In this document: one piece after another, positions 22,730-35,690 of the stretch | How the letters are laid out: every line of letters starts with the position of its first letter | Numbering within the stretch: position 1 is the first letter of the stretch | Source of the DNA: Chiloscyllium plagiosum | Taxonomy: Eukaryota | Direction of reading: 5' to 3' | NCBI RefSeq assembly: GCF_004010195.1 | Contig: NC_057711.1 | Location: 69,319,850 to 69,383,849 of the forward strand | Length of the DNA stretch: 64,000 bases | Made by a program: the position numbers and the translations under genes | Notes under the pieces: model-generated | Seen by the model: only the letters and a program-made list of their open reading frames with translations | Told to the model about the DNA's origin: nothing | Databases searched by the model: none

Positions 22730-24400
22730 ATAATTGGAATGGCAAGCAACAGGAAAGTCAAGGATATTCTACCAGACAGAACAACACATGGAGGCAGAGA
22801 CTGGAAATTACTGCCCAAGTACATTCACTGTCACCTGCTATGGTGGTGGAAATTGAAACAATGTTACATGAAAGAAGAATACAACTGGAGCAGGTTAAGT
22901 GTCTCAAACTATGAGAGTGAGGGCCACAGGATCAGTGTGGCCCTTTCGAGGCAAGGAAGGACATAGACCAACAGGGACCCCAATCTCTGGTAACCTTAAT
23001 CCACTGGCTCCCTATAGGCTCTACAATTCCCTGCCTCAAAGATATTGCTGGCTGCTCATTCACATCACATTTGTTCGGAGAGGTCAGGGAAATAATAGAG
23101 ATGTTTGCCCATAAAGAGCAACACAACCAGAAAAATTCATGCCCGGGGACATGCCTTGTTCACCTTGCTTCCATATACTGCAGGAGGCTGTCAGTGTAGG
23201 CATGGATCCGTGGTACATTCAGTATGGGCATGAAGTTAGGTATCAAGGTGGGATGGTTTGCATTTGGAGTTACACAGACATTCAGACAAACAGATACATT
23301 GTAAAACCATGAACATTTATGCAAACATGAGACTTTACATACAATGCAAAGCCACCCAAGTGTCTTCAAAAGGATTTTTTTTTCCCTACTGTGTCTCATT
23401 GTTGTCCCAGGTTCCATAGCTGGGTGCTTAACAGTGGAGGCTTTTAGCCTGGAAGGTTTGGTCTGGTTCTTAGGATGTTTTTCTTTGGACTGCTCAGGCA
23501 CAATGATCGGCTTGAACTCCCAGTGGATGGAGGGGACCATCAAGATGGAGATGTAGGGTCTGGCCATTTCTAGACAGTCTAAGAGGAGACATCGGAGGGG
23601 TTTTTGTGTGGCTCTTCCTCTGGCTGGCAACCTCCTGACATTTCCTTGTGAAAAAGTGGTACATGGGAGTGAATGCCAGATTCCCTGTCTCCCTGCTATC
23701 ATAGAAGCAGTCAGGTCCATATAATTGTAGCTACATGCTGCAGTCTCTGGGCTAGGAGGCCCATTGCCTCTCACATTGTTCCTGTACCTACCTGTTCATG
23801 TGGATAAAGTTTCTGATTGCTGACACTACAGGTTTCTGTCCTGCCTGGGTCTGAGTAGGTACCTGATCTCTGTCAGGCGTCCGATTGCCTGTTGCCTGGG
23901 CCGTTTCTTTCTCATCCAGTTGTAGAGCTGTCACAATGACTTATGCTCCCAAACATTTAAACTAGGTATTCCCACCAAGGAGTGTCAGCTATGGTCCCAG
24001 TCCCCTCCTTTGCAGGGCAGGGCTGTCTCCTTATAGTGGGTGAGGGACCTGATATTGAGCACCCCTGCATCTATTCTGGCTCTTTCTACCCTGTTATCAG
24101 CATTTTTTTCCTGTAATGGGGAGTTGAAAGTTGGTAGCATGTCTATTGATGTTGGCTACGTGGTCGAAAGGTGAACATATGTCCTGAGCAAGTGAATAGG
24201 AAGTGCAGAGGCCCTCAGGGTTATTGGTATGTGAAGGTTGATGCAAGTGACAATGCTGCATGAAATAGTGGGAGTGGTAGAGCATGAGCTTTGGTGGGAG
24301 GTGTGTCCAGTAGCAGAGAGAGAATGTGAGGTAGCAGAGAGAGAAGAGTATGACACTTACCCTTAGAGTGGAAGTGGTCACTGATTTGCTCTGACCGTTA
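22730..24400. mobile_element. Probable decayed PIF/Harbinger remnant (Myb/SANT-like accessory gene pieces)
   Basis: Minus strand ~24110-23985 reads ttacAG|EK.ADNRVERARIDAGVLNIRSLTHYKETAL, with a GTAAGT donor at ~24360. This resembles my recollection of Harbinger Myb-like proteins (HNRRERxxTGGG); boundaries uncertain. Confidence 0.4.
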
Positions 24401-25406
24401 CATGGAATCGGACTATTATGTTAATAGCTACTTCAAGCTTTTTCAAAAATGTAGCCATCCTTTTGCTGCTGGTCTTGTCTTGTTTGAATCTGCCTCCTTC
24501 ACCTTCCCTGGTTGTTAATTCTGGATCATGTCCACTCACTGCAGAAAATGATTTTCCTCCTCTTGCCATTGCTTGTTTTGCTAACCACCAAGTCTGTGGC
24601 TTTCAACTTGTCTACCAATGGCAATAGTTTCACCCTATCTGCTCCTTCCCAGATCCATCATGACTTTGAACATGTGTAACAATATTTCCTCTTAATTTCC
24701 TATTCTGTAAGGAGAACAACCTCAGCTTCTCCAATCTATTCATGTAGCGATTCAATCATTCTCAAGAACCTTTTCTGCAATCTCTCTAAGACATTTACAT
24801 CCTTTCTAAAATGTGATGCCCCAGGGAAACTCAAATTGAGGTCAAAACAGTGTTTCGAGTTTATCACGAGGCTTGAGCTTTACTTTAATTATAAAGCCCA
24901 AAATGCTGCATACTTCATTAACTGCTTTCTCAAACTGTCATATCACCTTTCAATGATTTATGCATGTATACCTCCAGTTCCTTTGTTTTTATATTCCCTT
25001 TAAATTTTATCCTTTATTTTATAATGCAGAATTACTTGCTTTCTATACATCAATCTTGACTTTAATTTATTATCTTTACTTGTCTAAAATGTGCTCAAAG
25101 GGCTTCCTTCACACCAACATTTGATACTTATCTCTCGTGGCTGTTGAGCTTAATGTCCCATCGTTTGGCTCTGAACTACTTTTTTTAAAAAAATTAAATG
25201 GTAGCGAACTTCTGAATTCCACTATCCTAGTTTTTAAAAGAGTTGCATGAGCCTTGAACAAAATGTTTACCCTAATTAAATCAGTATTCTCTAACATATT
25301 CAATCTTTGAATGTTCAGCTGCTCCATTTTTTTTGTAAACTACCAATTTAATACTTTTTATTTTTTACATGGACTTTGCAAATCCCATTCCTTCCATTAT
25401 TGCTTC

Positions 25407-26461
25407 TAAAATAACTGCACAGAGGTTGGTATCCTGGCACCAGGTCATCCTTTATTTACGTGATGTAGAGGAGCCGGTGTTGGACTGGGGTGGACAAAGT
25501 CAAAAATCACATGACACCGGTTATAATCCAACAGGTTTATTTGAAACCGCAAGCTTTTGAAGCCTCCCAAACCTTCCTTAGGCAGCTAGTGAGAGAGAAT
25601 ACATCGGACACAAAAGTTGTAATAAAGGATCAAAGAGTCATACAACTTATGCAAATGTATTGTAAAAACCTAAAGGACTATTACGTTTTTAATCAATTAG
25701 AATCGCAATGCAGGTTTCGATTGATTAATATGTAAATCCCTTCCCCAAGTTAACTTCAGGTTTTATCAGCATAAAGGTGACACCCCAGGTCAGACAATGT
25801 AATTTTAGGTGTGAGGCCATGTTTCAAGGCTGTTATGTATCTCATCCTGGAGCCAGGCTGGTTTTATTTCCAAAGTAGGAATTTATAAAATGCCACACTG
25901 ACTGCCTGTCTACAGATTGTGTGTTTTTGAACAAAATAGAATGTATCTGCAAGTTCAAACCTGCAATTTGACCCCATAGATATATAATGTGTGTGTCAGA
26001 GAGAAGAGGGGGAGAGAGTACATGTGTATGAGAGGGTCTGTGTGTGTGGGAGAGAGAGGGAGAGAATGTGGATATATGTGTACGCACGTGCTCGTGAGAA
26101 AGGGAGAAAGTGTGTGTGCTGAAGAAGGAGTGTCTGTGATCTTTTGCTATAAATTCTGTGTCCGATGTATTCTTTCTCACTAGCTGCCTAAGGAAGGAGC
26201 AGGGGCTCCAAAAGCTTACAATTTCAAATAAACCTGTTAGACTATAACCTGGTGCCATGTGTTTTTTTTAACTTTATTTACATGTGCAGCGTACACGGGT
26301 TCTGACAAGCCAACTCAGAGCCGGTCCCTAGAATGAAGAGATTATCTGAATCTTCTATTTATATCTGTCAGCCAGGGCTCCCTGATTAGCACAGGTTAAC
26401 AACCCCAATCAAGGATCTCATAGTCAATGAGCTCCACCTAGCCCTTGTTCCAATCACTACA
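25407..26461 (-). mobile_element. Solo LTR of the same Gypsy family, split by a Penelope-derived element
   Basis: Perfect 5-bp target duplication GCTTC (25402-25406 and 26462-26466); ends caatcactaca; TATA box (TATAAAT on minus strand) at ~26357-26363. Confidence 0.88.
25463..26275. mobile_element. Penelope-derived non-autonomous element with ~135-bp inverted termini
   Basis: ~25497-25632 is the reverse complement of ~26137-26275; both arms carry degenerate hammerhead-like cores; internal (GT/GA)n-rich tract. Related pieces lie at 29452-29580 and 43095-43262. Confidence 0.65.
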
Positions 26462-26799
26462 GCTTCATATTGCGAAAATTGACAAGGATTGAGAATTTAA
26501 TTTTCTTAAAGAGCAACATTCCAACTTCAAAATGCTGTATCAAACATTTTACCAATTATACTCTGCAGCTAACTGGGATGATCAGACTGGTTAAAGATAA
26601 TGTTACTTTACAGCTGTACACTTTGGTTACTAATCATTTGTACAATAAAGAGATGTGCACTTGCTAAAACTTTTGTATTTTAGTAGTTAGATGCAATTGA
26701 AATTTAATAATAGGAAGGGCCCAGATAAGTAGATTATTATTCCTGCGTTGGGATTCTGAATGAGAATATTTTACAGGGAATTAGTCAGCACATTGCCAT

Positions 26800-27865
26800 C
26801 ACAAGAAGTAACGAAGAGGATTGGTGAGTGGTGGACGTGATCTATGTAGATTTCAGTAAGGCATTCAACAAAGTTCATCATGGTAGACTGGTTAGCAAGG
26901 TTGGATCTCATGGAATAAAAGGAGAACCAGCCATTTGGATGTAGAACTGGCTAAAGGTAGAAGACAGAGGGTGGTGATGGAGGGTTGCCTTTCAGACAAG
27001 AGGCCGGTGACCAGTGGTGTGCCACAAGGATTGGTGCTGGGTCCACTGCTCTTCGTTATTAATATAATTATTTGGATGTGAACATAGGAGGTATAGTTAG
27101 TAAGTTTGTAGATTACACCAAAATTGGAGGTGTAATGGACAGCGAAGAAGGTTACCTCAGAGTACAACGGAATCAGATGGGCCATTAGGCTGAGAAGTGG
27201 CAGATGGAGTTTAATTTGGATAAATGTGAGGTACTGCATTTTGGAAAGGCAAATCAGGACTGGATTTGTTTACTTAATGGTAAGGTCCTGCGAAGTGTTG
27301 ATGCACAAAGAGATCTTGGAATGCATGTTCATAGTTCCTTGAAAGTGGAGTCGCAGGTAGATAGGATAGTGAAGAAGGCGTTTGGTATGTTTTCCTTTAT
27401 TGGTCATAGCATTGAGTATCAGCATTGGGAGGTCATGTTGCGCCTAGACAGGACTTTGGTTATGTCACTTTTGGAATATTGTGTGCAATTTTGGTCTCCC
27501 ATCAGAAGGATGTTGTGAAACTTGAAAGGGTTCTGAAAAGATTTACAAGGATGTTGCCAGGGTTGGAAGATTTGAGCTATAAGGAGAGGCTGTATAGGCT
27601 GGGGCTGTTTTCCATGGAGTGTCGGAGGCTGAGGGGTGACCTTAAAGAGGTTTCTAAAATCATGACATCGCCAGAGGAAACAGTGGAGGCTAGTACAATT
27701 ATAACATTTAAATGACATCTGAATGGGTATATGAATAGGAGTAGTTTAGAGGGGTATGGGCCCAGTGCTATAAATGGGTTTAGATTAGATTGGGCTATCT
27801 GGTCAGCCTGAACAAGTTTGACCAAAGGGTCTGTTTCCATACTGTACATCTCAATGACTCTATGT
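26800..27865 (+). mobile_element. CR1 LINE 3' fragment
   Basis: MEFNLDKCEVLHFG and LLEYCVQFWSP; tgactctatg tail. Confidence 0.9.
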
Positions 27866-28604
27866 CTCCAAGTGACATTGCACATGACTGTGTAGTTACT
27901 GACATGAATTCCTGCTTTGCTTGACTCTGCTGAGGGTGACAGGGTATATTTAGAGAGTATGTGGGACCTTGAGTTCAGAAAGAGAATAAGTAGAGGAAGT
28001 TAGGCTGATCCCTTATTAAGTTTTGGTTAAGCCACAACTGAAGCATTGTGTCTGCTTCTGATCGCCATACTTCAGAAAGGATTCAAGGGTCCTTCAGAGA
28101 TGCAGAGGAGCTTTACCAGAGTAGTTCCAAGGATGTGGAATTTTAGATTGAAGAAGATGGCTGATCTGATAATCCTCACTTTACTTTCGTGTCTTTTTCC
28201 CATAGCCCGTAATTCTCTTATTAACTAAAATCTGCCTATCTCAACCTTGAATATGCTTAACAAATCAACCTTTGTTGTCCTCTATGGTACATACTCAGTA
28301 CACTCTGAAAGAAGAAAAACGTTTTCATTTTTGTCTTAAATGGGTGACCCCTTATTGTGGGATTATGCCATCTGGTCCTAGACTGTCCTCCGAGGGGAGA
28401 GCACAATCATCATCTGTGTCTCCAAACATATGTCCTTGACCACTTTTCAGATCCTGTATTATATTTCTTAGCAGCAGTAAACATGAAAACTAGGCCACGT
28501 TACATCTGAAAACTGATGACATCTAGTTTTATATCCCTGCCACTTCTCCCAACCACAGAAGCCTTTCCATGTTCTCAGACAAACTTTTAAAAGAGATTTT
28601 AAAA

Positions 28605-29330
28605 AACTAGCCTACTATATTCACTGCTTACAATATGGTCACTACTATATTGAGGAGATAAAACACTGACTAGGTGACTGCTTTGCAGAACAACGACATT
28701 CTATCCGCAAAAATGATCCTGAGTTTTCGGTTGCCTTCCACTTCAACACACTAAAGTTTTCCCTGGCCAGTGTTTTTGGCTTGGATCTGCTACAGTATTT
28801 CAACAAGGCTCAGTGCAAGCTGGAAGAACAGTATTTCATTTCTCACTTGGTGATCCTGCAGTCTTCAGGACTCAATATCGAGTTCAATAGTTTTAGAACC
28901 TGAACACCTTCCATTGTCCTTTATCCACCCCTATGTGCCTGGCCCTGTCATGACATGGCTGCTTCCGCCTCAGCCAACCCATTTTCTCTTACTAATGGTC
29001 CCTGTTATCTGCTTTATTTTCTCCCTGGCTCTTCGTTATTCATCCCTTTGCCTGCCAAACTGCTGTTCACTCTCTCGTACTATGCATGAACAATATAAAT
29101 TTCTGGATCTTTGTCGGTGAAAGAGTGGATTGATTTTAAGTGGGATTAAAAACTGAACAATTAAGTAATATTTAAATTTAGAGTACTTATCACCAGTTTT
29201 GTGCATAATATAACTAATTGCATTTGTTGGTTCAAGAAGGTTCCACATTCTACCCTCCCAACCTCTCCAGATCTTGCAGACCTGGAGAGTGATCTGTGTT
29301 CATAGTGTCTTTTATCTGCTTCCTTGACAC
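28605..29330 (+). mobile_element. Old Penelope-like GIY-YIG fragment and tail, interrupted at 29100-29238
   Basis: YYIHCLQYGHYYIEEIK and LGDCFAEQ..SIRKNDPEFSVAFHFN resemble the 34244-34636 peptide. Confidence 0.6.
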
Positions 29331-30086
29331 TCTTGCTATTCCCATCTTTAACTACATGCTTTACATTGAAATCTGTATAAATTTGGCAATAAATTTGCCC
29401 ATCCACTGAGCCTTGTCATTCTAATTTTTTTTATCTCTACCAGTGCAAAATTATGATTTGGAGATGCCGGTGTTGGACTGGGGTGTACAAAGTTAAAAAT
29501 CACACAACACCAGGTTATAGTCCAACAGGTTTAATTGGAAGCACACTAGCTTTCGGAGCGACGCTTCATCACCTGATGATTTTTAACTTAGTGCAAAATT
29601 ACTTATCTCGATCCACAGCTCAACTCCTCAATGCCAAAGGAACACTTTTGTAAGATTTCAGCATCCCAGGACCTACCGCTTCTATTGTCTGTCTGATATT
29701 TCATCTTGTTCAAAATGCAGTCATCTGTCAAATATGGCATTAATTCTGAACTGCTAATTGTTATTATTATAACTATGGAGGGTAGTTTAATGTTCTTGCT
29801 ATTATGAGTTATTTTTCTAACGAGAGAATTTTGGCCTCCACTGTAAATCCCCTAAATAGGCCTATTCTTTCTTGGTTTTGCTTGGATTAAATGTGCGATT
29901 ATCTAGAGAATTAAAACTTTCGTCAAATTGATTCCTATTGTATGTGTTTCTTGAACCAACAAATGCAATTAGTTATATTATGCACAAAACTGGTGATAAG
30001 TACTCTAAATTTAAATATTACTTAATTGTTCAGTTTTTAATCCCGCTTAAAATTAATCCACTCTTTCACCGACAAAGATCCAGAAA
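29100..30086. repeat. 139-bp inverted repeat (29100-29238 / 29948-30086)
   Basis: Arms are reverse complements with 2 mismatches by eye; the ORF track shows the same peptide on opposite strands. Confidence 0.95.
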
Positions 30087-31595
30087 CTTACGAGGCTGTT
30101 TCTTGAAACAACATCAAGTACACTGAGCTGGTTAAACATAGAGAAATAAAAAGCTTAATTAAAAATTACAACCACAAGCTGATAGATGTATTTGGATGTT
30201 TAGTGTGTGAGGAATATAGAGGGTTCTGTAATATCTCTACTTTAGTGTCACAATGCTTTATGGTAGCAGAAAAATTAATCAAAAGGTCAAATTTGCTACT
30301 TCCCATGTTTTGAAAACGTAAGTTTGTTTAATTCAGCTTTTTATGCTTCCAGTATTTATGGTGTGAAACAGAAGCCAACTTTTGAGAACATTCAGCTCCA
30401 GATTAGTACAATAAACATGACAGTAGATCTGGAAAAAAAAATGTAAAATGGATTTTTATTCAATGTATTTTACTAACTTTGTATGTGGACTGCAATTCAA
30501 AGCCTTAAAATATACTATTTTTGTCAATAATTTATAGAAGTTGTGATCTGCAAATGAGTTCAACTCATGCATTTTTATATTTAGATTTTAATTGTTGAAG
30601 CAAATAAAATTTGCAGTCAGTAAAAATTCATGTATAGGTCTAACAGGGGTTCACTTAAGAACATTTAAACTAGAAGCAGGAGTCGGCAACACTGCCCCTT
30701 GAACATGCTGTGCCGTTGAATGCGATCGCCGTTAATCTCACCTTGGCCTCAACTCCACTTTCCTGCTGTTCTCCATAACCCTCCAACCTATTACTAATTA
30801 AAAATCTGTCTGTCTCCTCAAATTTAATCTGTGTCCTTATGCACTGTGGGGAGTGAATCACAAACTTTTGAGAGAAGTAGCAGAAGTAACATTTATATAA
30901 AACTTGCTTGTGCTGTGCAATAACATAAATTGTATCAAATGGTTCATTATATTTATCTTTCTTGGGTTGCAGATGAATTGTCTCATATGCCACAATCATG
31001 CCATAGGTATCAAGTGCCAACTCTTTCTGATTCAGGCTTTCTAATGCTTAAAAGAGTTTGAAAATTACAAATCCAGATCAATGTTTGTGTTTAGACAATT
31101 GATTGGCTTTTAGATTTTTTTTAGCCACTTAATGAACAGTGCTTCAAAGTTTCTTCTTCCTAGCATCTAAGAATAGCTTTTATACCCAGAAGTCTTAAAA
31201 ATCGGGTGAGAAGAATATTTGGCATGTGTTTTAAAGAACCAGTATAGGTTATACTGATGTTATAAAGTAAATTGGTTAAAAAAATGGAAATAGAAGAAAA
31301 TACATGGAATTTAAAAATTAAGACTGTAAATGGAAACAATTTGCTATTACAATTTAGTCACTTAATTAAGTTTCTATATTGCATGCATTAAGAAGGGGAG
31401 TTACATTTTTAGTTTCATTTCAGATTTGCTTAGTGACTGATACTGGGTGTCTGAAGTTTGATGCATGTATCTTTATCAAGCATTTACAGGTTTGGAGGTA
31501 AATATTTCAATGCATTAGAAATAAGCATAGGGGAAAAAAATGTTGTCTAGCAATGAGGCATCCAGTATTATGAGAAAGTTAGAACTATCCAGAAA

Positions 31596-32124
31596 CTCTC
31601 ACCAGAACGAAGGACCCGATACCCAACATGAGCAAAATCAATGTAGTGTACAAAATCCCATGCAAGGACTGCACAAACAGGACAAACAGGACAAACAGGA
31701 AGACAGCTAACGATCCGTATCCATGAACACCAACTTGCCACAAAACGACACGACCAGCTATCCTTAGTAGCCACACACGCAGATGACAAGCAACATGAAT
31801 TCGACTGGGACAACACTACCATTATAGGGCAAGCCAAACAGAGAACAGCCAGGGAATTCCTAGAGGCATGGCACTCATCCACAGACTCTATCAACAAACA
31901 CATCGACCTGGACCCAATATACCGGCCACTACAGCGGACAGCTGGAACTGACAACCGGAAGCGGCAGAGACAGGCCACTATAAATGCCGGAGGAAACATC
32001 GAGGCTCCCAAGCACTGAGGATGTCACCTAGATAGGGGATGAAACGTTTGCAAGACAAATTCCCAGTTCGGCGAACAGAACCACAACAACGAGAACCCAA
32101 GCTACAAATCTTCTCCCAAACTTT
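31596..32124 (+). mobile_element. Penelope-like element 3' fragment (GIY-YIG endonuclease), fairly young
   Basis: NVVYKIPCKDC...GQTGRQLTIRIHEHQLA...HEFDWDNTTII...REFLEAWHS; 14-bp direct repeat GAACTATCCAGAAA at 31582-31595 and 32125-32138. Confidence 0.88.
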
Positions 32125-33470
32125 GAACTATCCAGAAAGTCAGGCAGTGTGTGCAGGTTCAATCAGCAAAAATGTTCTGTTAGTTTATTAGTCTTCAAAA
32201 TGTCAGATCCAAATGACTTGAGAGAAGCATCCAGAAGCAGAAAACTGCTGGAAACTAAGGTTATAGAAAACTATGGGTTTTCTCTGAAAGTGTTTGGAAA
32301 GACAAACACTCCAGAAAACAATTGCAGTGAGGGAATGGGGAAGATGTTCCAAATCTGGGGATTAAGCATGAGGAACTGTTAGACAGCCACACTACGGTGC
32401 AGAATAATTTAATCCTCTTACCACCTTCTGGTAATTCATGGAGGCCATCATCTTTCTCTTAACCAATGCTTGATATTAATTAGTGCTTAATCAGTGAACT
32501 CTTACAACCTGGTTACCTACGAACTGAAGATGATCAAGCTTCACATCTGTATATGTCAACTATCATGTGCGTTTTCAGCTCAAGATGGCTGTTTCCTGAC
32601 CTTTGTAGAGTATACTTGAATAATGGCAAAGTACTGTGGATGTTGGAGATTTGAAACAAACACAGAATGCTGGAAAAACTCAACTGGTCTGTCACCATCT
32701 GTAGAGAGAGAAACCTTTACTTCTTGAGTATTGTATTTTTGGTTTCCTATCTGAGGAAGGATGTTCTGGCTATCCAGGGAATGTAGAGAAGGCTTACCAG
32801 GCTGATTCATGGGATGGTTTTGGGGGCGGTGGGGGGGGGGGAGGAGGGGGGAATACTAGATCTGTAAGGATTATGTTATCTGTAAGGAGTTTGGGAGATT
32901 AAACAGGATGGGTACAGGAAAGATTCTCTCCATGACCGATGAGTCCAGAACCAGAGGTAACAGACTAAAAATAGGGGGTATGTCTTTTAGATCAGAGATG
33001 AGGATGGAAGCCTGTGGAATTCTCTGCCATTGGAAACTGTTAAAGCCAAAATGTTGAAAACTTCCAAGAAAGATATAGATAAATTTATTAGGACTAAAGG
33101 AACCAAAGGACATGGGATAAAGTGGATACAGGACACTGGTGATTAGCTATGGTCATTTTGAATGGTGGAGCAGACTGTAAGGGTTGAATGGCCTACTCCT
33201 GTTCCGTATTGTTTTAAAATTATATAAAAAATTGAATGATTTTCTTTGTTATTTTTATTTTCAATAATGTTGAAATATGACATACTGTAGAAGGTTGACA
33301 TCTTTGTATCTTGAAATGGAACTTGAAAAAGTAAATTTCTGGATATCTGCCATTGCATTTAATTTCTAACGTGCAAGACCATTCATGTATTCTTACAGCA
33401 TGGTGAAGAAAGTTGGTTTGTGTAATTTGTGTTCCTCTATAATTTTTCTCCATATTTTGTTTCTTTCTAG

Positions 33471-33543
33471 TTTGGAAGCTCTTCAGCGAAAGCTGTTCCT
33501 GAATTATACAAGAGATGTGAAATGCAAAATGAAAGCCGGATAG
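33471..33543 (+). CDS. SNCAIP: Synphilin-1, second coding exon, 73 nt (FGSSSAKAVPELYKRCEMQNESRI-)
   Basis: Acceptor ttgtttctttctAG at 33469-33470 and donor GTAATT at 33544. Phase 0 in and phase 1 out, compatible with both neighbouring exons. Aligns with the recalled human segment YSVTSLKTIPELCRRCDTQNEDRS. Confidence 0.9.
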
Positions 33544-34057
33544 GTAATTCATATGCTTGTTTTATATATTTTTGGCTAGTTTGTATTGTGCATTTATAAC
33601 CGATTAGAATTAAAGTATTATTAGCTAAAATCTGGTAATCCCATATATTTTTACAAAAGAAAATAAATTGTTGTACTCCCAATTCTGATAAGGTGTTTAT
33701 CTACTCTGCTGAATGATTGTGAAGAGACAAAGAGATTGAGAATCATGCTAGCTTGCACATGCAAACCTGGAACAAGGAACAATCCCTACTTTGAGACAGT
33801 TTAGACCCAAGGCACACATAATCTGGGGCCTAATTTAAATTAGTCTGGTGAATTTATAATCCCTCCCACACAGCCAGAGTGGACCCTTTAGAAATGAGAT
33901 GAGGAGGAATGTCTTCAGTCAGAGGGTGGTGAATCTGTGGAATGGATTGCCACAGTAGGTGATGGAGGCTAAGTCGTTAAGTATATTTAAGACAGATCAA
34001 TAGTAAGGGGATCAAAGATTATGAGGAGAAATCAGGAGAATTGGGTTGACAACATAT

Positions 34058-34615
34058 CAGAGCTGAAAATGTGTTGCTGGAAAAGCACAGCAGGTCAAGC
34101 AGCATCCAAGGAACAGGAGAATCGACGTTTCGGGCGTAAGCCCTTCTTCAGGAATGAGGAAAGTGTGTCCAGCAGGCTAAGATAAAAGGTAGGGAGGAGG
34201 GACTTGGGGGAGGGGCGTTGGAAATCCGATAGGTGGAAGGAGGTCAAGGTGAGGGTGATAGGCTGGAGTGGGGGTGGGGGGCGGAGAGGTCAGGAAGAAG
34301 ATTGCAGGTTAGGAAGGCGGTGCTGAGTTCGATGGATTTGACTGAGACAAGGAGGTGTTCTCTGAAATGTTCCGCAAGTAGGCGGCCTGTCTCCTCAATA
34401 TAGAGGAGGCCACATCGGGTGCAGCGGATGCAATAGATGATGTGTGTGGAGGTGCAGGTGAATTTGTGGCGGATATGGAAGTATCCCTTGGGGCCTTGGA
34501 GGGAAGTGAGGGGGGAGGTGTGGGCGCAAGTTTTGCATTTCTTGCGGTTGCACAGGAAGGTGCCGGGAGTGAAGGTTGGGTTGGTGGGGGGTGTGGACCT
34601 GACGAGGGAGTCAGT
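34058..34615 (-). mobile_element. Penelope-like element (Neptune-like, Cys-rich GIY-YIG) 3' fragment
   Basis: PGTFLCNRKKCKTC...FTCTSTHIIYCIRCTRCGLLYIEETGR..EHFREH; tail carries a hammerhead motif. Confidence 0.85.
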
Positions 34616-35502
34616 CATGATTGATTGACAGAGCAAACTCCATGAACCAAATGGCCTAATTCTGCCCCTATATCTTGTGGTCTTTTGTGAATGGGTTTTA
34701 AATTTTGGGCTGCTTTTTTGCTGTTCGCTGAAAGGGACGGGTTAATCAGGTGGGATCGGCTGATCTTTTATGACTGTTGTGGAGCATGAAAGAACACTTT
34801 GTCTTGGTTCCACATTCAGGTAACTATATATGATTTTAAAAGTTCTTTTTTTGTTGTGGCAGCCTCTCATAGTTACTTTAAGGTTGTGGATATGCTTGGG
34901 TTCCTGAATGTTGGTTGTGAGCCTACTGCTTGTTTCAGTGCTGAGCTCTGGACATGACCTTTAGCCTTGATGCCCAATATGTTGGGCATAATTTTGGCTG
35001 GGACTGTGCTTGTGTGTGCCTGCTTTACTTATTGGATATTTGTATGCCTTTTTTGCACTAAGGGTACTTCTCAGATCAATAAAAATTTAATATATATTGA
35101 TAAGGAAGAAAGAAAGTTGGATACCTGTATTTTCAGGAAGTGTATAAGTTGCTATTTAACTCAAAAATCATTTTGCCATGATCAGTAGATCCTCCTTATA
35201 CTAACTCAATGCAAAGAGTCACTCTACTTCCTTGCACCTAATCCAAAGAAAATGCTCCCATCCTTCTAATCACTGAGGTACATACTCTTCTTTCAAATCT
35301 GTCACTTCATAATGACACGCTTTATCTTATTTTGCTCTTTCTTCATCACTGCAAACCACGTTCCCCCTTTCCCAGTTAGTGATGCAAGTTACCAATTTAT
35401 ATAAATTACAAGTAAGAGGTGAACTGGATAAACAAATTTGGGGGGATCTCGATGATACTACTATCCTTTCTGCTCAAGATCTATGTTTAATTCTAAAATT
35501 GA

Positions 35503-35690
35503 AAGAATGCAGATGCTGGAAATCAGAAACAAACACAGAAATTACTGGAAAAGCTCAGCAGGTCTGGTAGCATCTGTGCAGAGAAATCAGACTTAACTTT
35601 TTGGTTTCAGTGACCTGAAACATTAACTCTGATTTCTCTCCACAGATGCTGCCAGACCTGAGCTTTGTCAGCAATTTGTGTTTTTGTTTA
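35503..35690. repeat. Fold-back repeat (cagatgctg family); further copies ~32615-32720, 36417-36615, 37110-37215
   Basis: caggtctggtagcatctgtgcagagaaatcaga is mirrored by tctgatttctctccacagatgctgccagacctg. Confidence 0.7.

Noticed and set aside
23160..23774. 204-aa minus-strand ORF
   Set aside because: No recognisable domain or splice structure; it lies within a probable decayed transposon.
29100..30086. Possible MITE with long TIRs
   Set aside because: No TSD, a heterogeneous spacer, and one arm interrupts another repeat; better explained as a local duplication.
32822..32851. G-rich run with G-quadruplex potential
   Set aside because: A simple low-complexity expansion inside an old CR1 fragment; nothing supports function.
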